Translations under genes and position numbers: made by a program
Notes under the pieces: generated by a model
Told to the model about the DNA's origin: nothing
Seen by the model: the letters and a program-made list of their open reading frames with translations, nothing else
Databases searched by the model: none
Assembly: GCA_023269855.1 (NCBI GenBank)
Contig: JAGDWP010000050.1
Coordinates: 8,503-72,502, forward strand
DNA: 64,000 bases
Source of the DNA: Nitrososphaerales archaeon
GTDB taxonomy: Archaea > Thermoproteota > Nitrososphaeria_A > Caldarchaeales > Wolframiiraptoraceae
Direction: 5' to 3'
Shown: piece after piece, positions 59,349 through 64,000 of the stretch
How the letters are laid out: each line of letters begins with the position of its first letter
Numbering within the stretch: position 1 is the first letter of the stretch

Positions 59349-60572
59349 ATATATCTAAAATGTAGAGATTGTGGGAAATCTTATCCTCCTCTTCTCCAAT
59401 ACATATGCCCAAGCTGTTTTGGTGCATTAGATGTTGAATACACAGGTTTAGAAGACCTTAGGATAAATCCCCAAGAGTTATCAACTAGGAGAAAAGATAT
59501 CTGGAGATACATAGAGCTGCTACCTATACTAGATTCTAATAACATCATATCGCTGGGAGCAGGATATACTGGGTTGATTCCTTCCACTAGATTGTCTAAG
59601 AAGCTAGGCTTAAGAAAACTATACTTAAAAGAAGATTTTACAAATCCAACTCATTCATTTAAAGATAGAGCTGCAAGCGTAGCTGTCTCTAAAGCTTTGG
59701 AATTCAGATTAAATGCTGTTGGATGCGCTTCAACAGGAAATCTTGCAGCTGCTGTCTCAGCCCGTGCTTCTAGAGCAGGTTTACCCTGCTACATCTTCGT
59801 TCCTAAAGGTGTAGAAAAAGAGAAACTATCACATGCGTTATCCTATGGTGCTAGACTCATTATAGTAGATGGAACATATGATGAAGCAAACTGGATGGCG
59901 GCACGATTCGCAGAAGAATACAACGTAGGCATAGTAAACGTGAACATTAGACCATACTATGTTGAAGGATCTAAAACGCTTGCATACGAAATATGTGAAC
60001 AACTTGGTTGGAGAACACCTGACCACATAATTATCCCAATGGCTAGCGGTGCCTTATTAAACGCTATAGATAAAGGGCTGAGAGAATTAAAGACCATAGG
60101 CTTAATCGAGGGTGAAGTAAGAGTTTCTGGAGTCCAACCTGAAGGTTGCTGTCCAATAGTATCAGCATATAAAGAGAATACTGAGTATATTAAGCCAGTC
60201 CGTGAAATAAATACAATAGCAGTGAGTCTCGCGATAGGCAACCCAGGAGACGGTGTATACGCTTTAAGGACTATAAGGAGAACTAAAGGTGTCGCAGTAG
60301 CAGTCAGTGATAGAGAGATTCTTGAAGCTGTAAAAGAGCTAGCACAATTGGAAGGATTATTCGTAGAGCCTGGAGCTGCAGTGACAGTTGCAGGTCTTAA
60401 GAAGATGATTGAAGAAGGATCTGTAGATAGAGATGAAGAGGTTGTCTGTCTTCTCACGGGTTCTGGTGTAAAGACGCCATCTATCATCCAAGAATATACT
60501 ATCAACCCTATCACAGTTAAACCTTCCACTATTGAATTATCTAAAATATTGGAGGTGAGAAAGACTGGCTAG
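59349..60572 (+). CDS. threonine-synthase-like PLP enzyme (ThrC/MetM-like) with N-terminal zinc ribbon; homology-supported extent, track start TTG 59574 is internal
   Basis: PLP Lys 'HSFKDRAAS'; upstream in-frame 'YLKCRDCGKSY…YICPSCFG' zinc ribbon open from stop 59316-18 with no ATG/GTG/TTG; ATA at 59349. Confidence 0.7.
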   Translation: MYLKCRDCGKSYPPLLQYICPSCFGALDVEYTGLEDLRINPQELSTRRKDIWRYIELLPILDSNNIISLGAGYTGLIPSTRLSKKLGLRKLYLKEDFTNPTHSFKDRAASVAVSKALEFRLNAVGCASTGNLAAAVSARASRAGLPCYIFVPKGVEKEKLSHALSYGARLIIVDGTYDEANWMAARFAEEYNVGIVNVNIRPYYVEGSKTLAYEICEQLGWRTPDHIIIPMASGALLNAIDKGLRELKTIGLIEGEVRVSGVQPEGCCPIVSAYKENTEYIKPVREINTIAVSLAIGNPGDGVYALRTIRRTKGVAVAVSDREILEAVKELAQLEGLFVEPGAAVTVAGLKKMIEEGSVDRDEEVVCLLTGSGVKTPSIIQEYTINPITVKPSTIELSKILEVRKTG

Positions 60573-60573
60573 G

Positions 60574-60861
60574 ATTAAGCTCATTCTTCCATCGGTTCTA
60601 GCTGAGGGTGGTGATAGAAATAGAGTGCTTGAAGCTTCTACGCTTAGAGACGTTATCGAGTATTTATGTAAGATAAAACCTGAATTGAGAGATCGGATAA
60701 TCTCTCCGAACGGCGAACTAAATAGATTCTTTAATTTCTATGTGAATGGTGTTAATGCGTATTTTATAAACGGAGCTGATACCTTGTTGAAGGATGGAGA
60801 CGAGGTTTCAGTCATACCTGCTCTAGGGGGAGGACAAAGTGGAAACAAGAAACATTACTGA
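60574..60861 (+). CDS. CysO-type ubiquitin-like sulfur carrier protein (ThiS/MoaD fold), Gly-Gly-Gly followed by 8-residue tail
   Basis: 'LNRFFNFYVNGVNAYF…DGDEVSVIPALGGG' closely parallels M. tuberculosis CysO C-terminal half; beta-grasp N-terminus 'IKLILPSVLAEGG' lies upstream of track GTG start (ATT at 60574). Confidence 0.65.
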   Translation: MKLILPSVLAEGGDRNRVLEASTLRDVIEYLCKIKPELRDRIISPNGELNRFFNFYVNGVNAYFINGADTLLKDGDEVSVIPALGGGQSGNKKHY

Positions 60862-61900
60862 TGAAGAATTCGAGCTATATTCTAGGCAGATAGTCCTCAA
60901 TGTCATCGGTTTTGAGGGACAGGAAAAATTAAAGAATTCAAGAGTTGCAATCGTAGGGCTGGGAGGCTTAGGGTCTCCTATTGCTATGACTTTAACAGCT
61001 ATGGGTGTAGGATATATTAGGATCATCGATAGAGATGTAGTCGAGAAATCTAACCTGCATAGACAACACTTATACACATTTAAAGATATAGGAACACCGA
61101 AAGTTGAAGCAGCCTCAAAGAGATTGAAGGAGATGAACCCATACGTTGAGATCGACCCCTACCCTGTATACATTGATGATTCAACTGCTCTGGAAGTTGT
61201 TAGAGATGTAGACTTAGTACTAGATGGACTGGACAATTTTAAGGCTAGAAGAGCTATCAATAAAGCATGCTATAAGCTATCAATACCGTACATATATGCT
61301 TCAGCTATAGAGACATACGGTATGGTTACAACTTTAATCTCTAGAGAGGGGCCCTGCCTTGAATGTATTTTTCCAAATATTTCAGACCAGAACCTGCCCA
61401 CATGCTCTACAGTAGGTGTACATCCATCAATACTCCAAATAATTTCAAGTATTGAAGTCTACGAAGGCGTCAACATATTAATGGGGAGGAAGTCAAGACT
61501 TTCTGGAAAACTTTTAGTATATGATTTAGAAGATTTATCAACTACATTCTTAGACATAAAAAAATCTCCCAATTGCTCTGTATGTGGAGGGAGAGAAGTA
61601 GTCAAGGAGACAGTCACATATCCACAAATCGAGGAAACATGCTCTAGAGAAGGCAGAATCACGTTTATCATTAATCCAGGAAGGATAGACCCAATTGAGA
61701 TCCAGAAATTAGCTAAGATTATTTCTGAGCATGGATACGTGATATCTAATATTAGTGAGCTAGGGTTAACATTTAGATTAGATGGTAACATTATCTTTAG
61801 CATATTGAAGACAGGGGTTGGGATAATAGAAGGTGCACACTCTAGAGAATATGCTCTCAAAGTTTATGAAGACATATTGAAAAAAGTTATAAACTTTTAG
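60839..61900 (+). CDS. E1-like activating enzyme (MoeB/ThiF/MoeZ family) with unassigned C-terminal domain
   Basis: 'LYSRQIVL', 'VAIVGLGGLGSP' nucleotide loop, two CxxC pairs (CLECIFP…PTCS; CSVCGG); GTG start overlaps CysO-like tail. Confidence 0.8.
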   Translation: METRNITDEEFELYSRQIVLNVIGFEGQEKLKNSRVAIVGLGGLGSPIAMTLTAMGVGYIRIIDRDVVEKSNLHRQHLYTFKDIGTPKVEAASKRLKEMNPYVEIDPYPVYIDDSTALEVVRDVDLVLDGLDNFKARRAINKACYKLSIPYIYASAIETYGMVTTLISREGPCLECIFPNISDQNLPTCSTVGVHPSILQIISSIEVYEGVNILMGRKSRLSGKLLVYDLEDLSTTFLDIKKSPNCSVCGGREVVKETVTYPQIEETCSREGRITFIINPGRIDPIEIQKLAKIISEHGYVISNISELGLTFRLDGNIIFSILKTGVGIIEGAHSREYALKVYEDILKKVINF

Positions 61901-61916
61901 AACTTTAACATACGTA

Positions 61917-63731
61917 ATGAGTGAAAAACTTTATTGTTACACAGGTAAAGTTCTCAGAGTTAATTTAACAAACAGAAGCTTTAAGATTGAACCGACTAGA
62001 AGAGACTTTGTTGAGAAGTATATTGGTGGAAGAGGTTTAGGCATCAGATACTTACTTGAGGAGATAGCTCCTAAGATTGATCCATTAAGTCCTGAGAATA
62101 AGCTGATTATTTCAACGGGTCCGCTTACTGGGACAGTTGCTCCCCTCTCAGGTAGGTACCCGATCGTGACTAAGTCTCCTTTAACAGGCACTGTCTGTGA
62201 TAGTTATAGTGGATCATATTTTGGTGTAAGGATGAAGTATGCTGGATACGATTTAATGATAGTTGAGGGTAGATCAAGCAAGCCTGTATACGTTGAGGTT
62301 TCCGAGAAGGGTGCAGAATTCCATCCTGCTGAGCATCTGTGGGGGTTAGGCACGCTAGAAACATCAAAAAAGATTAAGGAGGAGTTGAGAGATGAGAATG
62401 CAAGCGTGTTAGCTATAGGACCTGCTGGAGAGAACCTCGTAAGATTTGCATGCGTAGTTGATAGTGGTTTATGGGTTCATGGGAGAGGAGGGACTGGAGC
62501 AGTATTCGGCTCTAAGAATCTAAAAGCTTTAACGATAAGAAACATTAAGGGTGAAGTCAATCTATATGATCCTGATGGTTTTAGAAAGACTGTAGTAGAC
62601 TTGACTAGGAATAGAGTGAAGACTTCTGAGAATCTATGGGCTCAGACTGATGGCACACCATTAATAGTTGACTTATCTCATAATGCAGGAGTCCTCCCAA
62701 CCTACGGCTTCACCTCAGGAGCATATGAATACCATGACAGAATAAATACTGATAGAGTAAAAGAAGCTACAGCCAAGAAGTATGCATGCCCCTACTGTCC
62801 ACTAGCTTGTAAGAGGATACTTAGATTTGATTCTAGATTAATCAAGTCTCCAGAATATGAAACCTTAGGAATGATTGGCTCAAACACAGGTCTTAGAAGT
62901 CTTAGAGATGTTGCAGAAGCAGCTGAACTCGCTACAGACCTAGGCATGGATACCATATCGCTTGGGGCCACGATAGGGTTTACAGTTAAACTATACGAGA
63001 AGAAATTAATCACAGAAAAAGATTTTAATGGATTGAAACCTTCCTGGAGCAGTAATGAGTTCATAATCGAGATATGCAAGATGATAGCGTATAGGAGGGG
63101 GCTTGGAGACCTACTAGCTGAAGGCACTAGGAGAGCTGCTGAAAGACTTGGTGGAGAAGCTCTGAGAGAACGTATAGACGTGAAGGGCTCTGAGATACCT
63201 GCATACGATCCTAGAGGAACTTATGGTATGGCCTTAGCGTACGCGACAGCAGATAGAGGTGCATGCCATCTAAGAGCGTGGGCAGTAGCATTTGATGCAT
63301 TTGGAGAAATGGATCCATATAGCTTTGTTGGGAAAGCCCAGCTTGTCAAAGACTTACAAGACTTGAATAGTATTAAATGGTCTCTAATAATATGTGATTT
63401 CTGGCTCTCAAGCTATGAAGACTTGGCAAAACTACTAAAAGATGCGTTAGGGAGAGAATACAAAGTAGAAGAGTTAAGATTAATCGGGGAAGGAATCTGG
63501 AATATTTCTAGAATCTTCAATATTAGAGAAGGCTTCAAGAGAGAAGATGATACTCTTCCTCCAAAGATGTTTTACGAACCTCTAAGAGGCGGAAAGACTG
63601 ATGGAAAAACAGTCGACCTAAACCAGTTCAAAGAATCACTTACAGAATACTATAAGCTGAGAGGATGGGATGAAGAAACTGGGAAACCTAAAGAAGAAAC
63701 ATTGAAGAAGCTGGAAATAGAAATACACTAA
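61917..63731 (+). CDS. aldehyde:ferredoxin oxidoreductase family enzyme (second paralog)
   Basis: AOR-family N-terminal and 'CPYCPLACKR' cluster cysteines; 604 aa. Confidence 0.85.
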   Translation: MSEKLYCYTGKVLRVNLTNRSFKIEPTRRDFVEKYIGGRGLGIRYLLEEIAPKIDPLSPENKLIISTGPLTGTVAPLSGRYPIVTKSPLTGTVCDSYSGSYFGVRMKYAGYDLMIVEGRSSKPVYVEVSEKGAEFHPAEHLWGLGTLETSKKIKEELRDENASVLAIGPAGENLVRFACVVDSGLWVHGRGGTGAVFGSKNLKALTIRNIKGEVNLYDPDGFRKTVVDLTRNRVKTSENLWAQTDGTPLIVDLSHNAGVLPTYGFTSGAYEYHDRINTDRVKEATAKKYACPYCPLACKRILRFDSRLIKSPEYETLGMIGSNTGLRSLRDVAEAAELATDLGMDTISLGATIGFTVKLYEKKLITEKDFNGLKPSWSSNEFIIEICKMIAYRRGLGDLLAEGTRRAAERLGGEALRERIDVKGSEIPAYDPRGTYGMALAYATADRGACHLRAWAVAFDAFGEMDPYSFVGKAQLVKDLQDLNSIKWSLIICDFWLSSYEDLAKLLKDALGREYKVEELRLIGEGIWNISRIFNIREGFKREDDTLPPKMFYEPLRGGKTDGKTVDLNQFKESLTEYYKLRGWDEETGKPKEETLKKLEIEIH

Positions 63732-63811
63732 ACCATTACTTTGTCTCTTTTATTACTGAGGAAAAACCAAGTAACTATTGACCATAGCTGTCTAAAATCC
63801 CTGAATGATTG

Positions 63812-64000
63812 TTAGATCTCCGTTTCTGTCAAATCCATTTTTGCAACATTAATGCTCCCACTTGGAGCTGGTGAAATATAGATCCTCTCAGGGAATCTTA
63901 TAGCTAAGCTATTGAACACATCGTGAATCATTGATATATTTGCATAAGTTTTCTTTTCAAGTAGAAGTATTGATGTAACTTTTTCTAAGTAGTCAAGCCT
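63812..64000 (-). CDS. partial CDS (C-terminal 62 aa), unknown function, runs off window end
   Basis: Open minus-strand frame …RLDYLEKVTSILLLEKKTYANISMIHDVFNSLAIRFPERIYISPAPSGSINVAKMDLTETEI* ending at TAA 63812-63814. Confidence 0.3.
   Translation of the reverse strand, partial: RLDYLEKVTSILLLEKKTYANISMIHDVFNSLAIRFPERIYISPAPSGSINVAKMDLTETEI

Noticed and set aside
59957-60529. 190-aa antisense ORF within the ThrC-like gene
   Set aside because: Shadow ORF. The plus strand carries the PLP-lysine motif and full ThrC-like homology.
1-64000. CRISPR arrays, rRNA and tRNA genes
   Set aside because: No direct-repeat/spacer periodicity seen in any intergenic tract. No rRNA-like conserved blocks or tRNA T-arm (GGTTCRANTCC)/acceptor patterns found in the intergenic regions inspected.

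Overview
This 64-kb window from an AT-rich archaeal chromosome is densely coded on both strands, with about 65 genes, no rRNA or tRNA genes and no CRISPR array.

The archaeal assignment rests on an archaeal-type TIM, aIF5B, ribosomal proteins S6e/S24e/S27ae, a thermosome paralog, a bifunctional FBP aldolase/phosphatase, Kae1, Mre11/Rad50, HerA/NurA and stomatin/NfeD. Housekeeping and metabolic content includes glmS, a glycine cleavage operon (gcvT-PB-PA), tpiA, proS, PGM/PMM, ALDH, ADH, a cupin-type PGI, two tungsten AOR-family enzymes, an FGGY kinase, an AKR, MoaA/MoaE/MoaD, HtpX and an MFS transporter.

Accessory and mobile content comprises a 718-bp IS6-family element with perfect 16-bp terminal inverted repeats and a frameshifted transposase, a degraded IS5-like transposase, a free-standing double-motif LAGLIDADG endonuclease, an orphan PF01555-like methyltransferase, and a small zinc-ribbon gene interrupted by an in-frame TAA.

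The most coherent candidate system is an ~11-kb sulfur-trafficking supercluster at 49.6-61.9 kb. It contains a PLP cystathionine-gamma-synthase-like gene, SufS, IscS-IscU-TusA, a siroheme sulfite reductase overlapping a second TusA, two YHS metal-binding proteins around a regulator, a CysM-like PLP enzyme, a ThrC-like PLP enzyme with an N-terminal zinc ribbon, a CysO-type ubiquitin-like sulfur carrier with a tail after Gly-Gly-Gly, and an E1-like activating enzyme. A JAMM/MPN+ protease and a second GG+tail MoaD-like protein lie elsewhere in the window.

Three genes of that cluster have homology-supported N-termini that lie upstream of any ATG/GTG/TTG, with ATT or ATA at the expected start. Also noted are an unlisted 58-aa histone-fold-like ORF, a candidate C/D box sRNA, and a second small YHS gene below the ORF-track threshold.
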